Positions 30,086 to 40,323 of a stretch of 64,000 bases of DNA are shown here, piece after piece. Position numbers and translations under genes: made by a program. The stretch is from assembly GCA_041687955.1 (NCBI GenBank), contig JBDNJF010000033.1:5696-69695 (forward strand), written 5' to 3'. The stretch comes from Solirubrobacteraceae bacterium (lineage in GTDB: Bacteria > Actinomycetota > Thermoleophilia > Solirubrobacterales > Solirubrobacteraceae). Position 1 is the stretch's first letter; the number at the start of each line of letters is the position of its first letter. The notes under the pieces were generated by a model that saw nothing but the letters and a program-made list of their open reading frames with translations, ran no database searches and was not told the origin of the DNA.

Positions 30086-31503
30086 CGCTTATTGCTCCTT
30101 GGCCGCGTTAATTTGGACGGTGCGTCGTGGATGTGCGGCGGGATCCAGCCGGAGGCGGGCGCCAAACGGTTAGCCTCCGTCGGGCCCCAAGTGCCCCGCT
30201 TGTAGGACGAAATCGGTGTCACGTTGCCGAGTATTGGATCAACGATCCTCCAAGCTTCATCGATCGTTCCTTGCGTTGCGAAGAGATCGTGATCACCGTC
30301 GAGCGCCGCTGATAGAAGCCGCTGGTAGGGCGGAATCTGGTGCGCCTCTTGGCGCACCGCTGCCAGCTCGATGTCCTCAACTTCGAATGTATCGACGGTC
30401 GGCTTGCGCGACTGAACTTCGATTGAAACGATCACCTGCGGGTTGATCTGGAAGCGCATCCGGTTGCCGCGTGGGTGATCCTTGGGGAAGAGCTTTTCCG
30501 GCGGCGTCTTCAGCTCAACGACGATCTCAGTTGCCGTGACAGGCAGAGCCTTGCCGGCGCGAATCAGAATTGGAACGTCGGCCCAGCGCCAAGTGTCGAC
30601 GTGGAGTTTCATCGCTGCGTAGGTCTCGGTCGTTGACTTCGGATTTACGCCCTTCGTCTTGCGATAACCCTGATACTGGCCGCGAACAATGTCGTTCGGC
30701 TTCAAGGTCCGCACTCCACGCAGGAAGCGTGCCTTCTCTTCGCGCAGCGCCGAGTCGCCGTGGCCGCTGAATGGATCCATCGCAACCAGCGTGAGAACTT
30801 GAAAAAGGTGGTTCTCGATCACATCACGGATCGTGCCAACAGCGTCATAGAACGAGCCGCGATTGGCAACGTCAAAATCCTCAGCCATCGTGATCTGAAT
30901 CTGACGAACGTGATCGCGATTCCAGATTGGCTCGAGGAAGGCGTTGGCAAAGCGGAAGAAGAGAATGTTCTCGACCGGAGTCTTGCCAAGGAAGTGGTCG
31001 ATCCGAAAAATCCGGCCCTCCGGAAAGACCGAATGCAGCTGGTCGTTGAGCTTCTCGGCCGAGGCAAGATCGTGGCCGAAGGGCTTCTCGACGACTACAC
31101 GGCCCTGCTCGGCGAGCCCGACATCGCCGAGGTGGCCGACGACGGGGCCAAATAGCGACGGCGGGATCGCCAGATAATAAACCGCACGTTTACAGCCCTT
31201 TAGTTCGTTCTGAAGTTCGACGAAGGTGTTGTGGTCGGCGTAGTCACCGCCTGCGTAGCGGAGCAACGAACTTAGCTTCTTGAAGGCCGCTTTGTTTAGC
31301 CCATCAGGGCTGGCTTCGAGACTAGCTTTGGCGCGAGCGCGGAGCTGGTCAACGTGGCCTCCTTCGCGGGCAACGCCAACAACCGGCACGTTGAGCTCAT
31401 CGTCAATGATCATTCGCTGCAGCGCAGGAAAGATCTGTTTGAACGCTAAGTCCCCGGTCGCCCCGAAGATGACCAGCGCGTCACCCTTCTTCGGCTTAGC
31501 CAC
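30082..31503 (-). CDS. zwf: glucose-6-phosphate dehydrogenase
   Basis: [30 protein letters not shown]. Confidence 0.95.
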   Translation of the reverse strand: MAKPKKGDALVIFGATGDLAFKQIFPALQRMIIDDELNVPVVGVAREGGHVDQLRARAKASLEASPDGLNKAAFKKLSSLLRYAGGDYADHNTFVELQNELKGCKRAVYYLAIPPSLFGPVVGHLGDVGLAEQGRVVVEKPFGHDLASAEKLNDQLHSVFPEGRIFRIDHFLGKTPVENILFFRFANAFLEPIWNRDHVRQIQITMAEDFDVANRGSFYDAVGTIRDVIENHLFQVLTLVAMDPFSGHGDSALREEKARFLRGVRTLKPNDIVRGQYQGYRKTKGVNPKSTTETYAAMKLHVDTWRWADVPILIRAGKALPVTATEIVVELKTPPEKLFPKDHPRGNRMRFQINPQVIVSIEVQSRKPTVDTFEVEDIELAAVRQEAHQIPPYQRLLSAALDGDHDLFATQGTIDEAWRIVDPILGNVTPISSYKRGTWGPTEANRLAPASGWIPPHIHDAPSKLTRPRSNKR

Positions 31504-32525
31504 TACTTGCTCCCGGCCGGCTTCTCGTCATGGCCACCGAACTCGTTGCGCATCGCCGAAAGCAAGCGGTCTGCGTAATCAGCTTCGCCGCGGCTCGTAA
31601 AGCGCTCATAGAGAGCCGTCGTCAGCACCGGAGCTGGCGTGCCGGTATCGATCGCCGCCAACGCAGTCCAGCGACCCTCGCCAGAGTCGGAGACGCGGCC
31701 AGCAAAACCGCTGAGGTCGTGGTCGGCGGCAAGCGCGTCAGCAATTAGGTCGAGCAGCCAGCTGCGGATCACGGTGCCGCGGCGCCAGACTTCGGCGACG
31801 TCAGGCAGGTTTAGGTCGTACTGATAGTTCTCCGGGTTACGCAGCGGAGTAGTTTCAGCATCAACTTCCTGAGTGCCGCTGCCAACGTTGGCGTGCTTGA
31901 GGATGTTGAGGCCCTCAGCGTAAGCGGCCATAAGTCCGTACTCAATCCCGTTGTGAACCATCTTGACAAAGTGGCCTGCGCCAGACGGGCCGCAGTGCAG
32001 CCAGCCCTCTTCGGCTGGGGTTGGGTCACCGGTGCGGCCAGGCGTGCGCGGCGCCGAATCGACGCCCGGGGCTAGCGACTGAAGCACAGGCGCGACCATC
32101 GCGATTGCCTCGTCGGTACCGCCTGCCATCAGCCCGTAGCCCTCGGTTAGGCCCCAAATGCCACCGCTGACGCCGCAGTCGACGTAGTGGATGCCCTTCT
32201 CTTTGAGCTCCGCGGCGCGGCGGCGATCGTCGATGTAGTAGCTGTTGCCGCCATCGACCACGAGGTCGCCCTTCTCGAGCGCGTCGGCAGCTTCCGCCAG
32301 AACTGGGTCAACAATGCCGGCCGGAACCATCAGCCAGATCGCGCGCGGAGCGCTCAACTTCGATGCCATGTCGGCGGCAGAGCCTGCCCCTGTGGCGCCC
32401 TTCGCGACGAGCGCGTCAACGGCGTCTTGGTTGGGGTCAAAGACGACACAATTATGTCCGTCGAGCATCAGCCGCTCGACCATGTTGGCACCCATCCGGC
32501 CGAGGCCGATCATTCCGATCTGCAT
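31503..32525 (-). CDS. gnd: 6-phosphogluconate dehydrogenase (decarboxylating, short YqeC-like form)
   Basis: [35 protein letters not shown]. Confidence 0.9.
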   Translation of the reverse strand: MQIGMIGLGRMGANMVERLMLDGHNCVVFDPNQDAVDALVAKGATGAGSAADMASKLSAPRAIWLMVPAGIVDPVLAEAADALEKGDLVVDGGNSYYIDDRRRAAELKEKGIHYVDCGVSGGIWGLTEGYGLMAGGTDEAIAMVAPVLQSLAPGVDSAPRTPGRTGDPTPAEEGWLHCGPSGAGHFVKMVHNGIEYGLMAAYAEGLNILKHANVGSGTQEVDAETTPLRNPENYQYDLNLPDVAEVWRRGTVIRSWLLDLIADALAADHDLSGFAGRVSDSGEGRWTALAAIDTGTPAPVLTTALYERFTSRGEADYADRLLSAMRNEFGGHDEKPAGSK

Positions 32526-32986
32526 TAGCTGTCTCCTTCGAGGTTGGCGTCTAGTCCTTCAAGTTCGATCAGCTCCACCTTCGCGCGGCGGCGCAGGTGG
32601 CGCGGCTCATCGCTTACCTCGGCCTGAGCGAACGTGCGGACCAGTTCGCGAGCTACTTCGCTGCCAATCACGCGGCCACCGATGCAGAGCACGTTGACGG
32701 CGTCGTGCTCAACGGCCTGGTGCGCTGTGTAGGTGTCATGAATTGTCTGTGCGCGGATTCCAGGCAGCTTCGATGCTGCAACCGCGATGCCGGCGCCCGA
32801 GCCACAGGCAAGGACGCCGCGCTCAGCCTCGCCGGAGTCAATTACGAGCCCCATTTTTAGAGCCATATCGGGGTAATCGTCACATTGGCCAAGATCGATC
32901 ACTTCGTGGCCGAGCTCGACGAGGGTTGACGTAGCTACGTCGTGCAGCGGTGCTCCGGCATGGTCAACTCCGACTGCAAAGATCAT
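32525..32986 (-). CDS. rpiB: ribose-5-phosphate isomerase B
   Basis: VGVDHAG, GVLACGSGAGIAVAASK, NVLCIGGRVIG. Confidence 0.9.
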   Translation of the reverse strand: MIFAVGVDHAGAPLHDVATSTLVELGHEVIDLGQCDDYPDMALKMGLVIDSGEAERGVLACGSGAGIAVAASKLPGIRAQTIHDTYTAHQAVEHDAVNVLCIGGRVIGSEVARELVRTFAQAEVSDEPRHLRRRAKVELIELEGLDANLEGDS

Positions 32987-33060
32987 CGGCGCTGAGACTA
33001 ATAGGTTTTTACTTGCCGTGCATGTCGATTCGGTGAAGCGCTCGATAACCTCCGCAGGCG

Positions 33061-34767
33061 ATGATCGCCGACTGGTGGCAACGATCCCCTCGGCTCAGCA
33101 GCCGCGAACTGATCCTGGTGGCGCTAGGCGCCGCACTGGTCGCCGTGATCCAGTTTTGGCCGCTGATTCTGAACATTGGTAGCGACATTCCACTTGACCT
33201 CGGCGACCCGCTGCCGCAAGCCTGGCAGGTCGCTTGGGACGGCCACGCGCTACTAACTCAGCCGCTCAGATTCTTCCAGAGCAACCAGTTCTGGCCGCTG
33301 CACGACACTCTTGCCTTCTCCGACGCGCTTATTGGCTATACACCTGCCGGAATGATCGGCTCCGGTCCGCAGGCAGCGGTCGCCCGCTACGACCTGCTTT
33401 TCCTCTTCGCCTTCGCGCTCTGCTTCTTTGGCGCCTACCTTCTGGCGCGCGAGCTTGGCGTCCCGCCGTGGGCCGCGCTTGTCGCTGGTGCGGCTTTCGC
33501 GTTTGCGCCCTGGAGGCTGGAGCAGGGCGGCCATCTCCATGTGATTTCCAGCGGTGGCATTGCGCTGGCGCTAGCGCTGGCGCTGCGCGGCTACCGCCGC
33601 CAGTCGGGCGGCCTGATTTTCGCAGGATGGGCCGTAGCTGCTTGGCAACTCTCGCTTGGCTTCTCGCTCGGCCTTCCACTGATCTACCTGATCGCACTGC
33701 TGGCGCTGATCGCTGCGGTTGTGTGGTGGCGAGCCGGCAAACCTGCCCCTGCGCGGCGCGTAGTAATCGCAACTCTGGCTGGTGGTTTGCTGCTCGCAAC
33801 GACCGCCTTTGTGCTCTCGCGCCCCTACCTGCGCGTGCTCGATTCTTACCCGGAAGCCAAGCGCTCCGCCGACCTCGTCAGCTATTACTCGCCGCCGCTG
33901 AAGGCCTTCATCGCCGCGCCGGAAACGAACATGATCTGGGGCTCGCTTACGGCGCCGATCCGTGCGGGAATGGACGCCGTCGCTGAGAAAACGCTCTTTC
34001 CCGGTTTGCTTATTTTGCTGCTGGCGCTAACTGGCATGGGCTGGCGCGGTTACCCGAAAGCGCTGCGCCTAGGGATTGGTCTTGCCGCGCTCTGCTGCGC
34101 TGTCCTCTCACTGGGCTTCGCAGCCGAAGGGATCGGCAGCTGGCTCCCCTATCGCTGGCTCTTCGAAGCGCTCCCGGGGTGGCAAGGAATTCGTGTTCCC
34201 GGCCGACTACAAACGATTACCTCGCTGCTGCTTGCGCTGCTGGCCGCGGGTGGTGCGGGGCGGCTGGCGGCGGCGCTCGCGGCGCGCTCAAAGAATCAGA
34301 TGCTCGCCGCGGCCAGCGGCGCGCTGTTAACGCTGCTCGTCCTGACGGAAGGCAGCGGCCTTGTTTATCCACACCCGCGCGTGCCGCCAGCACCAGCACC
34401 GCTCACGGGGCTGCGCCAACCGCTCTTGGAGCTACCGGCGCAGGCGCCCGATAACCGCCGCTACCTGCTTTGGTCAACCGATGGTTTCCCGAAGCTGCTC
34501 AACGGTCGCACCGGTTTTCAGCCGCGCTACTTCGCGCGCACACTTCGCGCCGTCGACGGGCTCAGCGGCGCGCAAGCACTTGACGACCTGCGCTCGCTAG
34601 GAGTCGCGACAATCGTAATCAACGCTCAGCTCCCTGGCGGCGCAAAGCTGGTGGCGGCGGCCGAGCGGCTGCTGCCACTGTCAGGCGTCAACACTGAGCG
34701 GCGCGGGCCGCTCCTGATTCTCACCTTGCCCCCGGCCGGCGCCAAGCCGCTCAGCCCGCCGCGCTAA
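33061..34767 (+). CDS. polytopic membrane protein, GT-C-like (putative glycosyltransferase)
   Basis: More than 10 predicted TM segments followed by a soluble C-terminal domain. General resemblance to ArnT/PMT-like GT-C proteins; family not identified. Confidence 0.6.
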   Translation: MIADWWQRSPRLSSRELILVALGAALVAVIQFWPLILNIGSDIPLDLGDPLPQAWQVAWDGHALLTQPLRFFQSNQFWPLHDTLAFSDALIGYTPAGMIGSGPQAAVARYDLLFLFAFALCFFGAYLLARELGVPPWAALVAGAAFAFAPWRLEQGGHLHVISSGGIALALALALRGYRRQSGGLIFAGWAVAAWQLSLGFSLGLPLIYLIALLALIAAVVWWRAGKPAPARRVVIATLAGGLLLATTAFVLSRPYLRVLDSYPEAKRSADLVSYYSPPLKAFIAAPETNMIWGSLTAPIRAGMDAVAEKTLFPGLLILLLALTGMGWRGYPKALRLGIGLAALCCAVLSLGFAAEGIGSWLPYRWLFEALPGWQGIRVPGRLQTITSLLLALLAAGGAGRLAAALAARSKNQMLAAASGALLTLLVLTEGSGLVYPHPRVPPAPAPLTGLRQPLLELPAQAPDNRRYLLWSTDGFPKLLNGRTGFQPRYFARTLRAVDGLSGAQALDDLRSLGVATIVINAQLPGGAKLVAAAERLLPLSGVNTERRGPLLILTLPPAGAKPLSPPR

Positions 34768-36468
34768 AGCCAGTGCCAGCGCGGCAACAACGAGCGCCAA
34801 GATCACCACCGAGACAGGCAACCCGGCATGGTTGACAGCCTCGGGGTTGCTGCCATAAGAGGCTCGTTCGCCGAGCATCCGTGAGAGCGCCAGCGCCAAT
34901 AGTGCCCACAAGGCCAGCGCCCCGAGCGCAAGCCGCGTGTCGGCGCCCACCGTGAGCGCGCCTGTCGCGCGAGCGCCGAGCCAGATCGCGGCCAGAAAGA
35001 TCGCCAACAATGGAACGATTGTTGGCCAGCCGTCACCGAGCCCGAAGGTCGTCAGGATCGTGTGCTGGAAGGTGTTGTCGAGCGCCCGCTCCTGCCACTG
35101 GTAAAGGTTGCCCGCGCCGACCAGCGGGTAGGTCACCAGCGCCGTCGTCATCACGACGAAGCCGCAGGCTGAAAGCACGAGCGTTGTTGCAGGGATTCGC
35201 CGCCAAGCTTCGGCGAAGCCGAGCGCAATGAATGGCAGCGTTGGGATTAGGAAGCGCGGGCCCGGCGTTCCGCCACCGAAAGGAAGCCAGTAGCCGGCGT
35301 CGTAAATGAAAAAGAGCGCGACGATTGCGATCACGACATTGGCCTCCGCGCGCTGACCCTTCTTGCGCATCAACCAGACGCCGTAGAGGCCAGCCAGCAC
35401 TACCGGCGTGATCGTGATGATCCCGCGCGGCGCCAGCAGCAGCTCGAGCGCTGCCTGCGGGTCGGGAACTTCGATGCCGAAGAAGCCGCCCGAGTTCAGC
35501 CCAAGCGTGTCGTGGCCGCTTAAGCCTTGGTCGTCGACGGCGTTGCTATAGGAGTTAGTTGCTGGCGAACCAAAAGCCCACTGGTTGTAAGCGAAGAGCG
35601 GCAGCGCCCCGATGATTACCCCGGCCGCGTAAGCAAGACCGCGCCACAGCTTCGCCCCCAGGCCAGAGCGCGGCAAGTCGCCGCGCAGCATCGCGTAAAG
35701 GCCGATCACGATTCCAGCCAGCGCGAGTGGATACTCAATTGTCACCGCCAAGCCAGCTAGCAGCCCCGCGAGCCCAACCAGTGCCAAGCGTGGCGGCCCG
35801 CGCCGCTCGCGCATTAAAAGCAAAAAGGCGGCGAAAACAACGAGCGAGGCGAGAATGTGGCCGAAGAACTGAGTAGCAAAAACCATCACCAGCGTCGCCA
35901 TCCCGAGCGTCAGCGCCGCCGCCGTGCCGTAACCCGGCAGCACCCGCTCGCTGACCGATCTAACAAGCAGCAGCAGCCCGAGCGCCGGCAGCACGCTAGT
36001 CAGCAGCCCGAGCGCCCAAATCAGCGGGGCCTGAATCTCAAGCTGGCGCGTGACGGCCTTGGCGCGGGCGCTGTCGTACCCATAGGCTGAGACGTTGAGG
36101 GCCTTGTATGTCCACAGCTTCGCTCCACCGCGGCGGGCGCGATCGGCAACATCGGCTGAAAGCTGCTCCGCTCCGGCAGCCTTCAGCGCAAGGTAAGCGG
36201 GAGTGATCAGTAGCGGCAGCCCGGGTGCTTTGACGGAGTAGAAGCGACCATTAATCCAGCTCTTGTCGCGCGTCTCCCAGTGATAGTTGTCGATCTGGGC
36301 GTTGCCGTCGCCGAGCGCCTTGACGAAAGCGAAGTAGGAGGTCTGAGCCCAGCCAAGCGACTGCATCACGAAGGCCCAACTAAAGGCCAACAGGCAGATC
36401 GCGGCGATTCCGCTGCGCCGGCGCGACTGCGCGCGAGCATCTGAGCTTGGATTGCCATCGACGCTCAT
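34681..36468 (-). CDS. polytopic membrane protein, GT39/PMT_2-like (putative glycosyltransferase)
   Basis: Many TM segments. The early loop region (HWETRDKSWINGRFYSVKAPGLPLL) resembles GT-C enzymes. Start placed at ATG 36468 (MSVDGN). Confidence 0.6.
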   Translation of the reverse strand: MSVDGNPSSDARAQSRRRSGIAAICLLAFSWAFVMQSLGWAQTSYFAFVKALGDGNAQIDNYHWETRDKSWINGRFYSVKAPGLPLLITPAYLALKAAGAEQLSADVADRARRGGAKLWTYKALNVSAYGYDSARAKAVTRQLEIQAPLIWALGLLTSVLPALGLLLLVRSVSERVLPGYGTAAALTLGMATLVMVFATQFFGHILASLVVFAAFLLLMRERRGPPRLALVGLAGLLAGLAVTIEYPLALAGIVIGLYAMLRGDLPRSGLGAKLWRGLAYAAGVIIGALPLFAYNQWAFGSPATNSYSNAVDDQGLSGHDTLGLNSGGFFGIEVPDPQAALELLLAPRGIITITPVVLAGLYGVWLMRKKGQRAEANVVIAIVALFFIYDAGYWLPFGGGTPGPRFLIPTLPFIALGFAEAWRRIPATTLVLSACGFVVMTTALVTYPLVGAGNLYQWQERALDNTFQHTILTTFGLGDGWPTIVPLLAIFLAAIWLGARATGALTVGADTRLALGALALWALLALALSRMLGERASYGSNPEAVNHAGLPVSVVILALVVAALALALARRAERLGAGRGQGENQERPAPLSVDA

Positions 36469-36559
36469 CGGCTGCAGAGAATACGCCTGCAGCGAGCAGA
36501 GGAGCCGACAGCGCTTCTGGCGCAGCGCCAAAAAGCTCGTTATCAGCAAAGATGCAGGA

Positions 36560-36766
36560 ATGGCACTTTTCAAAGAAGGCGAAGCGGTTTGGGTTCAGCA
36601 GCAGGACGGCAGCGCGCGCGCTGGCGTCTTCGTCGGTGACGGTGAGAACGCAACTTGGTTCGGTGGAGCACCTCTGGCCTACGTCGTCTACCCCGACACA
36701 AAAGACGGCGAAGAGGTCAACCTTGCGCGCGTAACCGCGCGTGATGAGAACGAAGGCTCCGCCTAA
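36560..36766 (+). CDS. small hypothetical protein (68 aa)
   Basis: ATG at 36560: MALFKEGEAVWVQQQDGSARAGVFVG... Codon bias is consistent with coding. No family recognised. Confidence 0.4.
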   Translation: MALFKEGEAVWVQQQDGSARAGVFVGDGENATWFGGAPLAYVVYPDTKDGEEVNLARVTARDENEGSA

Positions 36767-36776
36767 GCGGCGGCGC

Positions 36777-37838
36777 TCACCACTGAATACCGATCAGCGC
36801 TGGCTCGGGCTGAAGCTGAACTGCGAACAGCTCGTCTACGCGGCCAGCAATTTCGCGCGCAAAGGAGACCAGCTCAGTTGCGCTCGCGCCACCGAGATTT
36901 GTTAGCGCGAGCGTGTGCTTTGACGAGAGTGCAACTTGGCCACGCTGCTCTCCGCGAGTGAAACCGGCCTGCTCAATCAGCCAGGCAGCGGAGCTCTTCA
37001 ATTTGCCGCCAGCGGCCTCGAAGCGCGGCGGTTCCGCGATCGAGATTTCACTGGCGCGCTGCTCGAAGCGCTGAAAATCGGCGGCGCTGAGAATTGGGTT
37101 AGTGAAGAACGACCCCACGCTCCAAGTGTCATGGTCGCGCTCGTCGAGCACCATTCCCTTCGAGCGGCGCAGCTCCAGCACGGCGCTCCGTGCGGCCGCA
37201 GCCTCCACCCTTTGACCAACCTCCACTCCGAGCGCCTCGGCCAGCTCACGGTAAGCGATCGGCGCGCTCTGCGGTGAGCGCTCCAGCAGGAAGATGACCG
37301 CGAGCACAACCAAATCATCGTTCCCTTTCAGCGCGCTGGTGCGGTATCCGAAGCCGCACTGCGCGGCGGTCAATGTCTCGATCTGCTTGCTGGCGCGACT
37401 GTAAACGCGCACAGCCTCGATCGCCGTCGCGACCTCTTGGCCGTAAGCACCAATGTTTTGAATCGGCGTCGCGCCGACCGAGCCGGGAATCCCCGCAAGG
37501 CACTCGATTCCACTAAGCCCGGCCTCAACTAATGCGTCGACTAGCAGCGGCCAGTCATCACCGGCGCTGGCGTCGATCGCGAAGCGCTGAGCGTCTCGCT
37601 GCTGGTGCTCTGCGCCCTCGTAAGTGAGGTGCAGCGCGGTGCCGTCGAAGCCATCGTCGCCAATCACAACGTTGCTGCCTCCACCGAGCACGAAGAACGC
37701 TTCGTCGTCGTGATCGAGCTGCTTGATCGCCTCGACGCACTCGTCCTCGCTCTCGACAGTCCAGAGCTGTTTCGCTGCGCCGCCTATCCGTAGCGTCGTC
37801 AACGGCGCCAGCGGCGCATTTTTGATTATCGACTTCAC
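36777..37838 (-). CDS. murB: UDP-N-acetylmuramate dehydrogenase
   Basis: LAPLTTLRIGG, VLGGGSNVV, GIPGSVGATPIQNIGAYG, SFFTNP. Confidence 0.9.
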   Translation of the reverse strand: MKSIIKNAPLAPLTTLRIGGAAKQLWTVESEDECVEAIKQLDHDDEAFFVLGGGSNVVIGDDGFDGTALHLTYEGAEHQQRDAQRFAIDASAGDDWPLLVDALVEAGLSGIECLAGIPGSVGATPIQNIGAYGQEVATAIEAVRVYSRASKQIETLTAAQCGFGYRTSALKGNDDLVVLAVIFLLERSPQSAPIAYRELAEALGVEVGQRVEAAAARSAVLELRRSKGMVLDERDHDTWSVGSFFTNPILSAADFQRFEQRASEISIAEPPRFEAAGGKLKSSAAWLIEQAGFTRGEQRGQVALSSKHTLALTNLGGASATELVSFAREIAGRVDELFAVQLQPEPALIGIQW

Positions 37839-37872
37839 GCCGATCAGATTAGTCGCGCGACAGCTTGAGCGC

Positions 37873-39561
37873 CTAGGCAGCGGGAAGTGGAGGCGAAGTC
37901 ATACCCGCCTCCTCGCAAGCCTCAATCAGCAGCGCTGCGAGCCTGGGCTTCTCGCGGACAGCTCGCGGCGAGCGCGGCCGGCCGGTCTTTGTGTCAACGA
38001 GGTTGTAGGCCTCATCGGGGTCGCTGCTCAAGTCATAGAGCTCGTACTCGGTCGCCTCTACACCGTCTGGATCGAGGTAAACGGCGTACTTCCAGCGCTC
38101 GTCGCGGACGCAGCGAACGCGGTTTGGCTGGCCCGCCCCGTTCTGCATCGCCGTGCCCGACTGGTGGTCGTCATAAGTAAAAAGGATGTGGTCGCGGACC
38201 TGATCTGCGCCTGAATCGCCCTCCAGGATTGGGCCAAAATCAACGCCAGTTTGTTCAAGCCGTTTCGCTTTTGGTTTCGCGAAGCTGGCCAGAACTGGGC
38301 TTAGGTCACGGCCGTCGAGCTGGTTTTCGGGCTTGATACCGGCGATCGAAAGGAAAGTCGGGACAAGGTCAATCAGTGACGCGAGCGTGCCCGTCTCAGA
38401 CGGCCTTGGGAAACAGACGGGGTTAGAGAAGATGAGCGGCACGCGGATCGTCTCCTCGTAGGCGTTGAAAATCTTCTGCCGCGCGCCGCCGTGCGAGAGC
38501 CCCATGTCGCCGTGGTCGGAGGTGCGCGCGATGACGGTGCGCGAGCGCAGCGACCCGGGGTCATCGGCGTCGCCAAGCGCCGTCAGCAGGCGGCCGACTT
38601 GGCGGTCAACAACGCGCTGCAGGTGGGCGTAGAAGTTGACGTAGTCGCGCTCTTCGTCACGGTTTGCAAGCGGCCCTAAGTAGGCGCTCATGCCGACAAG
38701 CGCCATCGAGTGCACACCGGGCTTATTGGCGAGCGATTCGTCGATCGTCGACGGCAATGGAATGTCGAGATCGGCGAATTCCTCACGCCGATAGCCGCCC
38801 TCGCGGAAGCTTGTCGGATAAGCCAAAACGTCGTGAGGGTTGATCAGCGAGACGACGAGGCAGAATGGCTCGGGCAGGTTCTCCTGAGCGAGGAAGCGCT
38901 CAACCTGATCCATGTAAACCTTGTCCCAGCCGCCGTCGGCCGGTCCGCCGTCGCCACCGCCGAAGGTCTCTGGAAGGGTGTCACCGCCAGCGTCCGGCGG
39001 CTCCCAGCCAGCAAAGCCGTAGTCGCGCTCAATCCGCTCACCGTCCTCGGCGGTCCAGTTGGTGCCGTTGACCGGCTTTGTCAGGTGCCACTTGCCACGC
39101 AGCGCAACGTGGTAGCCACCGCGCCCGAGCATCGTCGCCAGAGTCTCGATGCCAGGCGGCAGCTCCGGTTCACTGCCGGACTTTGGTCCGACTTTTAAGA
39201 GTGAGCGGACAAGACTCTTTGCCATCCGCCGGGCGCTGACGGCGCCGCTCTTTACCGCCCGGACCGCGAGCGGCAACGAAGAACGAGCGTTCTCGGGCAT
39301 CGGCCAGATCTCACCCTCAACGAGCGTCAGCGTGACGCCGTGACGAGAGGGGTAGGTGCCGGTTAGGAAGGTCGCGCGACTGGGCGAGCACATCGCCGTC
39401 GCCGTGAAGGCGCGAGTGAAGTCAACGCCGGTGGCGCGCAGCGCAGCATCGTTGGGCGTTAGCGCGTCGAGCCATTCTTGATCGTCAGGCCAGTGCTGCA
39501 CGGCGCGCTGCTGATCGGTAATCAGCAAAATCAGATTCGGTGGCCGCTCAGTGGTCGACAT
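37873..39561 (-). CDS. sulfatase-family protein (Cys-type; no signal peptide seen)
   Basis: NLILLITDQQR and the CSPSRATFLTGTYPSRHG formylglycine motif (C-x-P-x-R). Confidence 0.85.
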   Translation of the reverse strand: MSTTERPPNLILLITDQQRAVQHWPDDQEWLDALTPNDAALRATGVDFTRAFTATAMCSPSRATFLTGTYPSRHGVTLTLVEGEIWPMPENARSSLPLAVRAVKSGAVSARRMAKSLVRSLLKVGPKSGSEPELPPGIETLATMLGRGGYHVALRGKWHLTKPVNGTNWTAEDGERIERDYGFAGWEPPDAGGDTLPETFGGGDGGPADGGWDKVYMDQVERFLAQENLPEPFCLVVSLINPHDVLAYPTSFREGGYRREEFADLDIPLPSTIDESLANKPGVHSMALVGMSAYLGPLANRDEERDYVNFYAHLQRVVDRQVGRLLTALGDADDPGSLRSRTVIARTSDHGDMGLSHGGARQKIFNAYEETIRVPLIFSNPVCFPRPSETGTLASLIDLVPTFLSIAGIKPENQLDGRDLSPVLASFAKPKAKRLEQTGVDFGPILEGDSGADQVRDHILFTYDDHQSGTAMQNGAGQPNRVRCVRDERWKYAVYLDPDGVEATEYELYDLSSDPDEAYNLVDTKTGRPRSPRAVREKPRLAALLIEACEEAGMTSPPLPAA

Positions 39562-39695
39562 CGGCGGTTACTGTATCGCTTAGCGCCGCACGCTTAGCCC
39601 CGGAAGCAAAAGCAATAGCGCGATACGCGGCCAGCGGCTCCCGCTCTGCGAGCGCTGTCGTGATCGACCGCGCAGCGGCGCGCCAGTGGTCTTAG

Positions 39696-40283
39696 TCAGG
39701 CGAGCGATCCGGTGTCGTTCCAATGCTTGAGCGCCGGACGACCATGCTCGTGGCCGAGCACACAGATTGCGGCCGTTCCAAGCAGCAGAGCGGAAGCGTC
39801 GTGGGCAGGCAAGCCAGCCCAGCGGGCGCCAACTACGCGCAAAACGTGGCCGTGAGCGACGAAGAGCCAACTTCCTCCAGCCTCGCGAGCACGCTCGATC
39901 AGCGGATCTACACGCGCGCCTACCTCGGCGGCGCTCTCACCGCCCGGGCAGCCATCAGCGAAGAGGAACCAATCGGGCCGCGTCTGCTGAATCTCCGCCG
40001 TCGTAATTCCTTCGTAATCGCCGTAGTTCCATTCCGTCAGCTCATCTGTGGTCTGCGCGCCGGCGCCATAACCGGCTAGCTCGCAGGTTTCGCGTGCTCG
40101 CTTGAGCGGGCTAGTCAGCACGTGGTCGAACTCCATCCCGTCGAGCCGCTTACCTGCCTCGCGCGCCTCGTTGCGACCGTTCGCTGTCAGCTCAATGTCG
40201 CTTAGGCCGGTGTGGCGACCGTTCAGCGACCACTCAGTTTCGCCATGGCGCAGAAGGAAAACGGTGGCTTCGCTGGTCGGCAC
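39696..40283 (-). CDS. histidine phosphatase family protein (phosphoglycerate-mutase-like)
   Basis: VFLLRHGETEWSLNGRHTG catalytic motif. Start is uncertain: GTG 40283 is preferred, GTG 40340 and TTG 40349 are alternatives. The longest form would overlap the divergent PAP2 gene. Confidence 0.8.
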   Translation of the reverse strand: MPTSEATVFLLRHGETEWSLNGRHTGLSDIELTANGRNEAREAGKRLDGMEFDHVLTSPLKRARETCELAGYGAGAQTTDELTEWNYGDYEGITTAEIQQTRPDWFLFADGCPGGESAAEVGARVDPLIERAREAGGSWLFVAHGHVLRVVGARWAGLPAHDASALLLGTAAICVLGHEHGRPALKHWNDTGSLA

Positions 40284-40323
40284 AGCGCAGATCCTATGTC
40301 CTGCGGCCCCTAAGATCGCTTTC

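Noticed and set aside
33234-33986. 250-aa alternative-frame ORF inside the GT-C-like gene. Similar Arg/Pro/Ala-rich ORFs occur at 22347-22961, 7407-7982, 51223-51933, 26276-26779, 47288-47791 and 62138-62740.
   Set aside because: All are out-of-frame or antisense to genes with recognisable motifs. Long spurious ORFs are expected at this GC content.
39580-39870. 96-aa minus-strand ORF bridging the sulfatase / histidine-phosphatase gap
   Set aside because: It overlaps the histidine-phosphatase coding sequence out of frame and is Arg-rich, with no start context.
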